Of a DNA stretch of 64,000 nucleotides, positions 1 through 12,800 are shown in pieces (position 1 is the stretch's first letter; each line of letters opens with the position of its first letter). This stretch comes from Eledone cirrhosa (lineage: Eukaryota), in contig OZ024740.1 in the NCBI GenBank assembly GCA_964016885.1, positions 409,882,001-409,946,000 on the forward strand, written 5' to 3'. The position numbers and the translations under genes were made by a program. The notes below the pieces were generated by a model. That model saw only the letters and a program-made list of their open reading frames with translations, had not been told where the DNA came from and ran no database searches.

Positions 1-2446
1 TGAATCCTACATTCTTAATTAAGCTTCCTGAGATCCCGCTACATCTCTTGTGTACCCATTGTTTGCATTTGGGGCAAAGAATGGAGTTCCTACCTACACC
101 TTTCCTACATACTGAGCAAGGCCATTTCCCTGAGGGGATCTGGGTTCTGTTTTCTCGTCTACTTATAAGGACCTTAGTCTTTGTCATGTTGACTTTGAGG
201 CCCTTTCTCTCTAGTCCCTGCTTCCAGGTTTGGAATTTATTCTCTAGTTCTACCATAGATTCAGCTATGAGTGCGAGGTCATCAGCATACAGGAGTTCCC
301 ATGGGCATCCGGTCTTAAACTCCTCCGTTATTGCCTGCAGGACTATGATGAACAGGAGAGGGCTAAGAACAGAGCCCTGGTGGACCCCAACCTGTACGCT
401 AAATTCCTCGCTATACTCATTGCCAATCCTAACTTTGCTGACTGCTCCCCTATACATGGCTTGTACCGCTTTCACAAGCCATTCATCTACTCCTAGTTTT
501 CTAAGAGCCCACCAGATTACTGCACGTGGAACTCTGTCAAAGGCTTTCTCAAGGTCGACAAATGCCAAGTAGAGTGGCTTACTTTTAGCTAGGTACTTTT
601 CCTGTAATTGCCTCACAAGGAAGAGCGCATCAGTGGTGCCTTTCCCTGGTACAAACCCAAATTGCATCTCGTCTATATTCACCCGGTCCCTAATCAGCTG
701 TGCTATAACTCTTTCTGTTACTTTCATGACCTGGTCCATCAACTTTATACCTCTATAGTTTCCTCTATCTAGTGCATCGCCTTTACCCTTGTAGCAGTAG
801 CAGTTGACAATGATGCTACTGCACCAATCTTTTGGTATGGCCCCCTCTAGTATTACCTGGTTAACAATACGTGTGGTTATAGTGTGACCTACAGACCCAG
901 ATGCCTTCAGCATCTCGGCAGCTATACCCGATGGACCGGTTGCCTTCCCTATCTTCATATCTCTGATTGCCTTACTTACTACGCTGCCGCTGACTTGTAC
1001 TGCTGGTCCCTCTATAGGGTCTACGTGGGGTAGGGTCTCTTCTTCCCATGCATTCTCCTCATTTAGTAATCTATCATAATGACTCTTCCATGCATCTTTC
1101 TTCTCAGCACTTGTGAGGGCAAGCTCACCTTTATCATTCCGGATACACTTCTCTCCAATGACATCACAACTATCTCTGACACACTGCCTCGCAATCTTGA
1201 ATACCTCCTGTTTCTGGTCCTCACGTTGTAAAACATGCTTGAATTTTTTATCCTCTGCTTCCCTCCTAGCTAAGTATACTTGTCGCCTAGCTTCCCTCTT
1301 GGTCTCTATGTAATGTACCCTGCTCCCCCCGTTCTTCCATTCTTTCCATGCCTGTCTCTTGGCCTTGACTGCTTCATCTACCTTATTGTTCCACCACCAA
1401 GTCACTCTCCTCCTGCTTGAGGTCTTACTCCAGCCACAAACCTCATCCGTCGCCTCTAGTAAGTTATTTTTTAGGAACTCCCAATGCTCTTCTACATTGA
1501 ATGTCTCTATCTGTTCTTCTTTACTGTCGTAGGCGTTGAGTAAAATATCTTTAAATCTGTTACTGGTTGAGGGGACTTTCAGCTTCCAGATCTTTCTTCT
1601 CCAGGTTGGCCTCTGTTTCAGGGCTCGTCTAGTTCTGACCGTGAGGTCGCTGACAACTAAGCTATGTTGGGATGTACATTCCTCACTAGGGAAGGCTTTT
1701 GTGTTTACGACCGTCCATCTGTCACGTCCTCTGATGAGGATAAAATCTAACTGACTAGAGTGCTCCCCTGATCTATAGGTGATCAGGTGGTTGTCGGGTT
1801 TTTTAAAGTTTGTGTTACATATCGACATGTCATTGGCGTCGCAGAATTCTAGAAGTCTGAATCCTTCCTCATTCCTTGTGCCAACTCCATGGCCTCCATG
1901 TACTCTATTGAAGCCGTCGCAGTGTTTACCTACATGTCCGTTAAAATCTCCTGCAATGATTAGGAAGTCCTTGTCGTCTGTTAGAGCAGTAGTGTGTATT
2001 AGGGACTCGTAAAACCTATCCTTAAGTTCGTCTGGCAGCCCCGATTGGGGTGCGTAAGCTGATATTATTGTGGTAATTGTCTTATTCAGGACTAGTCTGA
2101 GTTTAATGATTCTTGCATTTACCCTGTACACTGAGATTACTTTATCTACCCACTTGTCAGCTAATAGTATACCTACACCACCCATCCCATCGTCATTTCC
2201 CACCCAGAAAAATTTGTAGCACTGGCTTTTTCCTACAAGGACTCTAGCAGACCCTCCTCTCCATCTAGTCTCTTGCACACAGCATACATCAACTTCCTTT
2301 CGCTCTAGCATTTCTACGATTTCTCCTGCTCTTCCTTTCATTGAGCCTACATTGATGGTACCAACTCGGAGTTTTGGGCATTTGTCGACACTCGTAGGGG
2401 AGGGTCTCTGGGTTGGCGCTTCACGTGGGTGCTTGGTAGCTCGCAG
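1..2446 (-). mobile_element. RTE-clade LINE (subfamily B): APE endonuclease + RT + PHD-like finger, runs off the left edge
   Basis: Minus strand encodes LRVGTINVGSMKGRAGEIVEMLERKEVDVCCVQETRW (APE) near 2370 and ELLYADD at ~278-298 in the same frame; Cys-rich motif at ~45-125. Confidence 0.93.
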
Positions 2447-2489
2447 AATGTAAACTATATTGAATGGGAAGTAATAGCATTCATACTTT

Positions 2490-2760
2490 TACCCTGCCAA
2501 TATATTTTAACAATTTCATCAGCATATTTCCAACAAAATGTGCTGTCTTCATGCTTAAAATGATTTCGAAACAAATCAATTCTTAGGGATTCAGTAAAAT
2601 ACCTTTATTATTAAGCTGGTATATTAAATATAACTGAATGAAAGTTTCTTATATGAAATTATTTTTGAAGTTTTTAATTTAAATAGGAACACTTTAAAAT
2701 GAGATGTATGTATTATAAAAGTAGGGGCAATCTCAAGCAGATTGGTATAAAAAGCGTCAA
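2490..2760. mobile_element. Degenerate ~250-bp non-autonomous DNA element; related copies at ~28500-28760 and ~31455-31675
   Basis: Shared internal similarity by eye; the 31455 copy is bounded by ttaa...gggttaa. Confidence 0.4.
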
Positions 2761-2779
2761 ACATTTTTATAAATTGTGA

Positions 2780-4203
2780 AGAATTTAGTGTAAAAGTTGG
2801 CGTTCATCAAGGCTCTGTCCTTAGCCCCCTCTTATTTATTATTGCCTTTCAGGCTATAACAGAGGAGTTCAAGACCGGCTTCCCATGGGAACTCCTATAC
2901 GCAGATGATCTAACGCTCATGGCTGAACTAGGGAAGAAATTCGAAACATGGAAGCATGGCCTAGAATCAAAAGGCCTTAAAGTTAACTTGTCTAAGACTA
3001 AAGTTCTAGTTTGTAGAAAGGAAAATAGGGCACAGGTGCCCTTAGGAAAATGGCCATGCTCAGTTTGTAGGAAAGGAGTAGTAGGTAGAAATTCCATTTT
3101 ATGTACCAAATGCAAAGTATGGGTACATAAAAGATGTAGTGGGATCACAGGTAAACTATCTAAGAACGTAGATTTTATATGTGGCCAATGCTCAGGTGCA
3201 ATAAGTAGCAAGTGCCCAAAGCATACTAGCTCCTTCTATTGCCCAGATGGTTCTATAGAAATAGTGGACACTTTCCGTTACCTGGGTGACGAAATCAGCA
3301 GTGGTGGAGGGTGTTCTGAAAGTACAGTAGCCAGAGTTAGAACGGGATGGAAAAAATTTAGAGAGCTTATACTGCTGTTGGCCACAAAAGGTTTCTCTCT
3401 AAAAATAAAGGCAGATTGTATGATGCCTGTATACGAACAGCAATGCTACATGACAGTGAGACATGGGCATTATGTGCAGAGGACCTGCGTAGACTGGAAA
3501 GGAACGAAGCATGCATGCTCCGTTGGATGTGTAATAGTAATATACGTGAACGGCAAAGCATAAATGAACTAAGTGAGAAATTAGGAATAAGAGGGATCAG
3601 ATGCTGTTTACTTGAGAGAAGACTACATTGGTATGGTCACGTGATGCACATGAAAGACGACAGCTGCACAAAAAAGTGCAGGGCGATCAAAATTGATGGT
3701 AGTTACGGAGTAGGTAGATCCAGAAAAACCTGGGATGATCTGATAAATTCCGACCTTACACACTTACATCTCTCTAAGACAATGTCTTTGGACCAAGATC
3801 TTTGGCGCTACGCAGTAATACAGAAGACCCGCCTTACCTATGTACAAAGCGAAACCTACAGTCAGTAGGCACCTCTTAACCAAATATACACCCCAATCCA
3901 CTACCCCTACCCTATCCTCCCACTCCCACCAACAGCATGAGATAAAGAGATCGAGATCGTGTAGGTGTCACAAAAAAACACACTCCATGCTGTAATATGG
4001 CTGTGTAGGTAACACGGTAAAAAGTTCCCAGTTCCATACTGTAAATGTGGTTGGTGTTAGGAAGGGCATCCAGCCGTAGAAAACCTGCCAGATAGTCCTA
4101 TATGAACGAGACACGATCACCCGACCAACCTTGCCTAAAGTGGGACAACTCCCGTCTAACCCATGCTAGCGTGGAAAATGGACGTTAAACGAAGATGATG
4201 ATG
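2780..4203 (+). mobile_element. 5'-truncated RTE LINE (subfamily A): RT C-half, PHD-like finger, 3' UTR, (GAT)n tail
   Basis: GVHQGSVLSPLLF, YADD, YLG and RRLHWYGHVM motifs; frameshift near 3410; gatgatgatg tail. Confidence 0.93.
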
Positions 4204-4586
4204 CTAGTATGGTGGGGACAAATGTATTCTTGTATCTGAATTATAAGAGTACGTTTCTTTATATCATAAAACCCTTTGTATTGTTAGCTACTTAACTAGT
4301 TTATCTATTAAGTATAGTCAGGTAAGGAGTTATGTGTCTTGCTGAAGGACACAACCCAATGAAAAGCAAGAAAAAACCTTTTCAGTATTTTGATGGCTCA
4401 CTACTGAAGGCTCATCTTTATATACTATATAGTGAAGGTATTAATCTGGTAGAGCCCATCCATTTCTTGGTCATGAACTGTAAGTGGGATTAGGAAAAAG
4501 TAAAGTGGAATAGCTCAAATGTGAATTGAAAGTCTGAGTTTGAGTGAAAATTTATCACAGCTTGAACTTAATATTGAATTGCTTAG

Positions 4587-4953
<367 letters not shown>

Positions 4954-5036
4954 TGAGACTTATCTGTTTGTCAATTTAGAATTACTGTGTATATGTGTAC
5001 AGCTCCTTTTGTTGTGTTTTTATTTATCAACCTTAT

Positions 5037-5060
5037 AGTGTGTGTGTGTGTGTGTGTGTG
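5037..5060. repeat. (TG)n microsatellite
   Basis: Read directly. Confidence 0.9.
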
Positions 5061-5267
5061 GTTAGGTGTAATTCTTTTAGTGTAGATTTTAGTATGTGTG
5101 TGTAGTCTGCTGGTGGTAGTAGTACCTATGTGAAGTAGATGTGTGTAAGAGACTAAATAGTTGTGTGTATGTGTTTCATGACTGTTATTGTTTTTTCTGT
5201 ATGAACACATGAATCCTTGTTTGAAATATAATAATATTTTGTTTTTTTCCTTTTGCTCCTAAAATAG

Positions 5268-5390
<123 letters not shown>

Positions 5391-5874
5391 TAGTTTAAAG
5401 ATTGTGGAATCTAGTTGTTTTATGTTGTTCTTTACTCATAGTATTCTTCCAATCTTTCCAAGCCTCTCGGCTATTATGACTTATTCCACCTTGAATGATG
5501 CCCTAGGTACATTGTGTCTAAATTAAAAACTAGATGGCATTTCTCAGGCCAGAATACCTTTAAAGATTGGCCTGCTCAATCAGGCTTGATGTGGGACTAA
5601 ACAACACTTCATTATTATAATTAAAGTGCAGTGCAGAGATTTATAATCTCTATTGTCACGAAACATATTATGTATGTTGTTTTTGTCAACTATTTTTCTT
5701 TAATGTCTAATTTCAGATTGCAACCCTTTTAATTATATTAATTTTGAAGTTGTTGGCATCAGTATAGGATGTTAGTTTATAGCTATGTGGAGAAATAGCA
5801 AAGCAATGTTTTGTTAGTCCCAGATTTTTCTTGATTGAGCAGGTTTACAGTGTAGCAATGATTTTGATGGGATG

Positions 5875-8511
5875 GCACCTCTCAACATACTCATAATTAG
5901 CGACCTCATAGTCAGGACGAGACGTACTCGACAACAGAAGAGGACTACCCTCAGAAGAAAAATATGGAAGTTAAAAGACCCCACAGCCAGTAATAAATTT
6001 AAAAGCATATTACTTGATGCTTTTGATAGTAAGGAAGAGCAATTAGTTGTACAATATAGAGGAACAGTGGGAATTCCTGAAAGCTAACCTGCTGAAGGCG
6101 ACAGATGAAACCTGTGGCTGGAGCAAACCTATAGGCAGGAGCAGAGTAACTTGGTGGTGGAACAGTAAGGTGGAGGGGTCAATCAAGGCCAAAAAGCAGG
6201 CTTGGAAAGCATGGCGGGATGGGGGAAGTAGAGAAGACTATCAAGTGGCTAGGAGACAAGTGTACTTCACAAGAAGGGAAGCAGAGGAAAGAAAGTTCAA
6301 GCATCTTCTACAACGCGCGGACCAAAAACGTGAGGTGTTCAGGATTGCTAGGCAATGTGTCAAGGAAAACTGATATTGTCGGGGAGAAGTGTGTCCTTAA
6401 TGATGATGGTGTACTTGCCATCACTGACGCTGATAAGAAGGTAGCTTGGAAGTGTCACTACGAAAGGCTACTAAATGAGGAGAATAATTGGAAGAAAGAC
6501 AGTCTCCCCCACATCGACCCAATAGAGGGACCAGCAGTGCAAGTTGAAGGTAGTATAATAAGTAAGGCGATCAAAGACATGAAGACGGGCAAGGCGGCTG
6601 GGCCTTTGAAAAGAGTTGCTGAAATGCTGAAAGCATCTGGAACGGTGGGACACTGGTCACTCGGATAGTAAACGAAGTCATACAGAATGGGGTTGTTCCG
6701 AAGGACTGGCGCAGCAGCAGCATCATCATTAACTGCTACAAGGGTAAAGGTGATGCCCTAGATAGGGGAAACTATAGAGGCATTAAATTAATTGACCAGG
6801 TCATGAAGGTCACAGAAAAAGTAATAGCGCAACTAATCAGAGAGCGAATTGATCTAGACGAAATGCAGTTCGGGTTTGTGTCAGGTAAAAGTACAACAGA
6901 CGCTCTCTTGTACGACAACTACAGGAGAAGTACCTAGCTAAAAGTAAACCACTATACTTAGCCTTTGTTGACTTGGAGAAAGCCTTTGACAGAGTACCCC
7001 GCTCGATTATCTGGTGGCCCCTTAGAAAACAAGCCATGTATATAGAAACAGTCAGCAAGGTTAGAATTAACAACGAATATAGTGAAGAGTTTAGCGTAAA
7101 AGTTGTTCATCAGGGCTCCGTTCTTAGCCCCCTACTATTTATTATTGCCCTTCAGGCTATAACAGAGGAGTTCAAGTCCGGCTGCCCATGGGAACTCCTA
7201 TATGCAGATGATCTAACGCTCATAGCTGAAACAATGGCTGAACTAGAGAAGAAATTCCAAACATGGAAGCATGGTCTAGAATCAAAAGGCCTTAAAGTTA
7301 ACTTGTCTAAGACTAAAGTTCTAGTTTGTAGGAAGGAAAATAGGCCATGCTCAGTGTGTAGGAAAGGAGTAGGCAGAAACTCCATTTTATGTCCCAAATG
7401 CAAAGTATGGGTGCATAAAATATGTAGTGGGATCACAGGTAGGCTAACTAAGAATATAGATTTTATATGTGGCCGGTGCTCTGGTGCAATAAGTAGCAGC
7501 AAGTGCCCACAGAATACTAGCTCATTCCATTGCACAGATGGTTCTATAGAAATAGTGGACAGCTTCCGTTACCTGGGTGACAAAATCAGCAGTGGGGGAG
7601 GGTGCTCTGAAAGTACAGTAGCTAGTCAGAACGGGATGGAAAAAGTTCAGAGAGCTTATACCACTATTGGCCGCTAAAGGGTTCTCTCTAAAAATGAAAG
7701 GCAGGCTGTATGATGCCTGCATATGAACAGCAATGTTACATGGCAGTGAGACCTGGGCATTGTGTGCAGAGGATATACGCAGACTGGAGAGAAATGAAGC
7801 TTGCATGCTCCGCTGGATGTGTAATAGTAATATACGTGAACGGCAAAGCATAAACGAACTAAGGGAGAAATTAGGAATAAGAGGGATCAGATGTTGTTTA
7901 CTCGAGAGAAGACTACGTTGGTATGGTCACGTGATGCGCATGAAGGACGATAGCTGTATAACAAAGTGCAGGGCAATAAAGATAGACGGTAGCCACGGAG
8001 TAGGCAGACCCAGAAAAGCCTGGGATGACTTGATAAATTCCGACCTCACACACTTACACCTCTCCAAGACAATGTCACTGGACCGAGATCTTTGGCGCTA
8101 CACAGTTATACAGAAGACCCGCCTTGCCTAAGTACAAAGCGAGACCTACAGTCAGTAGGCACCTCTAACAAAATACACCCCCGTCCCACTACCCCCACCC
8201 CATCCACACCACCCCCTTAAATGTGAAGTTATGTTGGTACCACAACATCCAGTCCGAAACGAATGAGGTCGTGTAGGTGTCACAACAAAAAAACACACAG
8301 TCCACGCTGTAATGTGGCCGTGTAGGTAACACGGTAAAAACCTCCCAGTCCACACTGTAAACGTGGTTGGTGTTAGGAAGGGCATCCAGCCGTAGAAAAC
8401 CCGTCAGACAGTCCTGAGCAAGACAACCAATCTTGCCTCAAGTGGGACAATTCCTGTCCAGACCCATGCTAGCGTGGAAAATGGACGTTAAACGATGATG
8501 ATGATGATGAT
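5875..8511 (+). mobile_element. 5'-truncated, frameshifted RTE LINE (subfamily A) with PHD-like finger and (GAT)n tail
   Basis: ORF fragments at 6047, 6219, 6973 and 7733 with RT motifs (KAFDRVP, HQGSVLSP, YADD); nearly identical to 36482-38946; tail at 8493-8511. Confidence 0.95.
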
Positions 8512-8782
8512 CTATGCTTGATACAGTTTAGTCTATTCTATATCACCCCCTGGCTGTTTGCAAAAATCTGTGGATGTCATAAATCTGCTCTGTTCAAGTG
8601 TATTACTGTTGTATCTAGCTTTTTCTCACTTATAACTCTGTTCCCTATTGTCTATATTTTTGTATTACTTTCATATATATCTTCTTCACTGATTTTCATT
8701 TCTGTGGCATTGCTTATTACATGTGTACTGGGTTTTATATGTTGGAATTTTCATGATGAATGCTACCTATTTAGCTAAAAAA

Positions 8783-8888
8783 AAATGATTGTAAAGAAAT
8801 TAGATCACTAAAATATATATACAGTGGTATATGTTTTCTTCTTATGTCTAAAATGATTGTAAAGAAATTGGATTACTAAAATATATAT
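8783..8888. repeat. ~39-bp direct repeat (2 copies)
   Basis: aaaatgattgtaaagaaatt(a/g)gat(c/t)actaaaatatatat occurs twice, 29 bp apart. Confidence 0.8.
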
Positions 8889-11515
8889 CATTATCACCAT
8901 TTTACGTCCGTGCTTCCATGCAGGCATGGGTTAGACGGGTTGTCCTGTTGTGGGCAGTGTCTGGTCGGCTGACCATGCCTTGCTCATACAGGAACTGATT
9001 TTGGCTTGATTTCTACAGCTGGATGCCCTTCCTAACACCAACCTCATTTACAGTGAGTGCTGGGTGCTTTTTTCCGTGGCGCCTCCATGACCACTTTGCA
9101 GTTGGAGGGTGTGGGGGCATATTGTCTATATGCTTCAGCTTGTACCCATGGGAGGTCGGGTACTCTGTATTACTGCATGACGCCAGAGGTCACGGTCGTG
9201 TAATTGGGTAAGGTCGGCTTTTATCACCTCATCCCAGGTCTTCTTGGGTCTCCCCACTCCGTGGTTTCCATTGACTTCTAGTGCTCTGCACCTTTTTCTG
9301 CAGCTGTCATCCTTCATACGCATCACATGTCTATACCAACGCAACCGCCTCTCCTGCACACGTCATTTGATTCCTGTTATGCTCAGTCTCTCTCTCAATT
9401 CATTTATGCTTTGCCGTTCGCGTATATTACTATTACACATCCATCGGAGCATGCACGCTTCATTTCTTTCTAATCTATGTAAGTCTTCCACCTTCAGCGC
9501 CCAGGTCTCACTACCATGTAACATTGCTGTTCGGATACAAGCATCATACAGTCTGCCTTTCATTTTGAGGGAGAAGCCCTTTGCAGCTAGCAGTGGCAGT
9601 ATGTCCCTGAACTTCTTCCATCCCGTTCTTACCCTAGTTATTGTACTTTCTGAACACCCACCTCCGCTGCTAATCGGTCACCTAGGTAGCAGAAGCTGTC
9701 TACTGTTTCTACAGAGCCCTCCCAGAGTTGGTGGTACTTGTTTCCTGTCGCTGTTTGCTGCTTGCTGTCCCAGCACAGCTGCTACATGTGAAGCCTACAT
9801 TCTTAATTAAGCTTCCTGAGATCTCGCTACATCTCTTGTGTACCCATTGTTTGCATTTGGGGCAGAGAATGGAGTTCCTACATACTGAGCAAGGCCATTT
9901 CCCTGAAGGGATCTGGGTTCTGTTTTCTCGTCTACTTACAAGGACCTTAGTCTTTGTCATGTTGACTTTGAGACCCTTTCTTTCTAGTCCCTGCTTCCAA
10001 GTTTGGAATTTCTTCTCTAGTTCTACCATAGATTCAGCTATAAGTGCGAAGTCATCTGCATACAGGAGTTCCCATGGGCATCCGTTCTTAAACTCCTCTG
10101 TTATTGCCTGCAGGACTATGATGAACAGGATAGGGCTAAGAACAGAGCCCTGGTGGACACCAACCAGTACGCTAAATTCCTCGCTATACTCATTGCTAAT
10201 CCTAACTTTGCTGACTGCTCCCCTATACATGGCTTGTACAGCTTTCACAAGCCATTCATCTACTCCTAGTTTTCTAAGAGCCCACCAGATTATAGCACGT
10301 GGAAATCTGTCAAAGGCTTTCTCGAGATCGATGAATGCCAGGTAGAGTGGCTTACTTTTACCTAAGTACTTTTCCTGTAACTGCCTCACAAGGAAGAGGG
10401 CATCAGTGGTGCCTCTTCCTGGTACAAACCCAAATTGCATCTCATCTAGTTTCACTCGGTCCTTAATCAACTGTGCTATAACTCTTTCTGTTACTTTCAT
10501 GACCTGGTCAATCAGCTTTATACCTCTATAGTTCCCTCTATCTAGTGCATCACCTTTACCTTTGTAGCAGTTGACAATGATGCTACTGTACCAATCTTTT
10601 GGTATGACCCCTTCTAGTATTACCTGGTTAACAATACGTGTGGTTATAATGTGACCTACAGACCCAGATGCCTTCAGCATCTCGGCAGCTATACCCGATG
10701 GACCGGTTGCCTTCCCCATCTTCATATCTTTGATTGCCTTACTTACTACGCTGCTGCTGACTTGTACTGCTGGCCCCTCTATCGGGTCTACTTGGGGTAG
10801 GGTCTCTTCTTCCCATGCATATTTCTTCTCAGCACTTCCGGATACACTTCTCTCCAATGACATCACAATTCTCTCTTACACACTGCCTCGCAATCCTGAA
10901 CACCTCCTGTTTCTGGTCCTCGCATTGCAAAACATGCTTGAATTTTTTATCCTCTGCTTCCCACCTAGCTTCCCTCTTGGTCTCTATGTAATGTACCCTG
11001 CTTTCCCCTGTTCTTCCATTCTTTCCATGCCTGTCTCTTGGCCTTAACTGCCTCATCTACCTTATTGTTCCACCACCAAGTCACTCTCCTCCTGCTTGTG
11101 GTCTTACTCTAGCCACAGATCTCATCCGTCGCCTCTAGTAAGTTATTTTTTAGGAACTCCCAATGCTCTTCTACATTGAATGTCTCTATCTGTTCTTCTT
11201 TACTGTCGTAGGCGTTGAGTAAAATATCTTTAAATCTGTTACTGGCTGAGGGGTCTTTCAGCTTCCAGATCTTTCTTCTCCAGGTTGGCCTCTGTTTCCA
11301 GGTTCGTCTAGTTCTGACCGTGAGGTCGCTGACAACTAAGCTATGTTGGGAGGTACATTCCTCACTAGGGTAGGCTTTTGTGTTTACGACCGTCCATCTG
11401 CCACGTCCTCTGATGAGGATAAAATCTGACTAGAATGCTCCCCTGATCTATAGGTGATCAGGTGGTTGTCGGGTTTTTTGAAGTTTGTGTTACATATCGA
11501 CATGTCATTGGCACA
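8888..11515 (-). mobile_element. 5'-truncated RTE LINE (subfamily B) with internal deletions
   Basis: ORF 9709-10866 with RT motifs; nearly identical to 1-1840; 3' UTR and degenerate (GAT)n tail at ~8888-8900. Confidence 0.95.
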
Positions 11516-11619
11516 GCAGCTGTAACTGTAAAATATACATGGTCGTCAACAGGTTAATTAAGATATTATCCCACCGCATCAAAATAATTGTTTATAAAGG
11601 TTAATGAAAAAGTATGTAT

Positions 11620-11810
11620 GTGGCCACTTGTCCTGCTAGAAATAACAGCCAAATATCTTTCATTTGGAACACTACAGTCTTAAAAATGGCAGATCAGTTA
11701 ATGCTATCCTACACACACTGTTTGAAACAAATAAAAAATGGGCTGGTAATAGCTGGAACACCATTGATCAAAGGTTTACTTAGTCAAGACTGACCTAGGG
11801 CTAAAGAATA
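11620..11810 (+). mobile_element. Degenerate ~200-bp interspersed repeat; copies at ~5460-5610, 16735-16925, 62245-62460(-) and 63310-63515(-)
   Basis: Shared ctgctagaaatagcagccaaat...ggaatacctttgatcatagg...gacctggggctaaa consensus, seen by eye. Confidence 0.55.
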
Positions 11811-12278
11811 GTAGCTATAAGAAGCACTTACAGACCTTAAGGAAAAAAATAATTCTTATATGATATAGATTAATTTGAAACATCCCAAGATATATTGACA
11901 GAGCTGACATGTTACATGTGGGTAAGGGAACACCTTAGAAAAAGTGTGGATTGCACTTCTATGATGAACTATGTATCTAACCCATGTCAGCATGTAAAAA
12001 CCTGCTTAAACCTGATGTTTTAATTGCCACAGCTGATCAGTGTAATTGTTTCTGTGGCTTTAATTGGGAAACTATTTATCCCTTCACATCCATTGTATTA
12101 TGATAAACTTCTTGTTTTTATTGTTCATAAATATTCATAAATTTTCATCCTCTTTTGACCATAGTGTGTTCATCATCATCGTTTAACGTCCATGTTCCAC
12201 GCTTGCATGTATATAGCATTCCTTATCAAATATTTCCTTTAAAAGTAATGACTTTAATTTTATTTCTTTTAATTCCAG

Positions 12279-12306
12279 CTATGATAGTCAAGCAAGAGTT
12301 AGATAA
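12279..12306 (+). CDS. PRPF40A: PRPF40A 28-nt microexon (AMIVKQELD)
   Basis: Pyrimidine tract plus ttccag, gtgagt donor; phase 1/2 bridges the flanking exons exactly; resembles the AMIK motif after WW2 in vertebrate PRPF40A. Confidence 0.8.
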
Positions 12307-12654
12307 GTGAGTACTATTTTTTTTTTCCAACACTTCCTGTGTGACATATTTCTCTTTGTAAACCTTAAGCCTGAATGACACTCAAAGCAAATTAACATAT
12401 TTGCAAATTGACACTCCAGCAATGTTTCAGTTTTATCATAATTTCTGTAGAATGCTTAGGAATAGATACAGAATAAATGCTGTCAAATGAATTTTATTCA
12501 CTTGAGAATATTGTATATGTAATTTTCTTTATACAATATGAAATGTTTTGAAAAACAATGAAAAAAAAGAAACAAATAGTGAAATATATAAAAAAAATGG
12601 AGCAGTAGAAAAATTTGAAATCATACAACAAATGGAATCAACAATTTACTAGAC

Positions 12655-12800
12655 ACTGCTGTGTAGTTAGGAAGTTTGCTCCACAATTACATGGTTCCAG
12701 GTTTGATCTCACTGCATGAAATCTTTGGAGTGTCTCCCACTATAGTCACATGTTGACCAATATCTTGTGAGGGGAATTTAGTTGACATAACCTCTGCAGA
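12655..12800 (+). mobile_element. Degenerate tRNA-derived SINE resembling an abundant octopus SINE
   Basis: gctgtgtagttaggaagtttgct...atggttccaggtttgatctcactgc...gtgtctcccactatag; a weaker copy at ~13440-13530. Confidence 0.55.

Noticed and set aside
48-572. Antisense ORFs over RT regions (also 2849, 7152, 9728, 37904)
   Set aside because: Shadow frames of the LINE RT with no independent protein motifs
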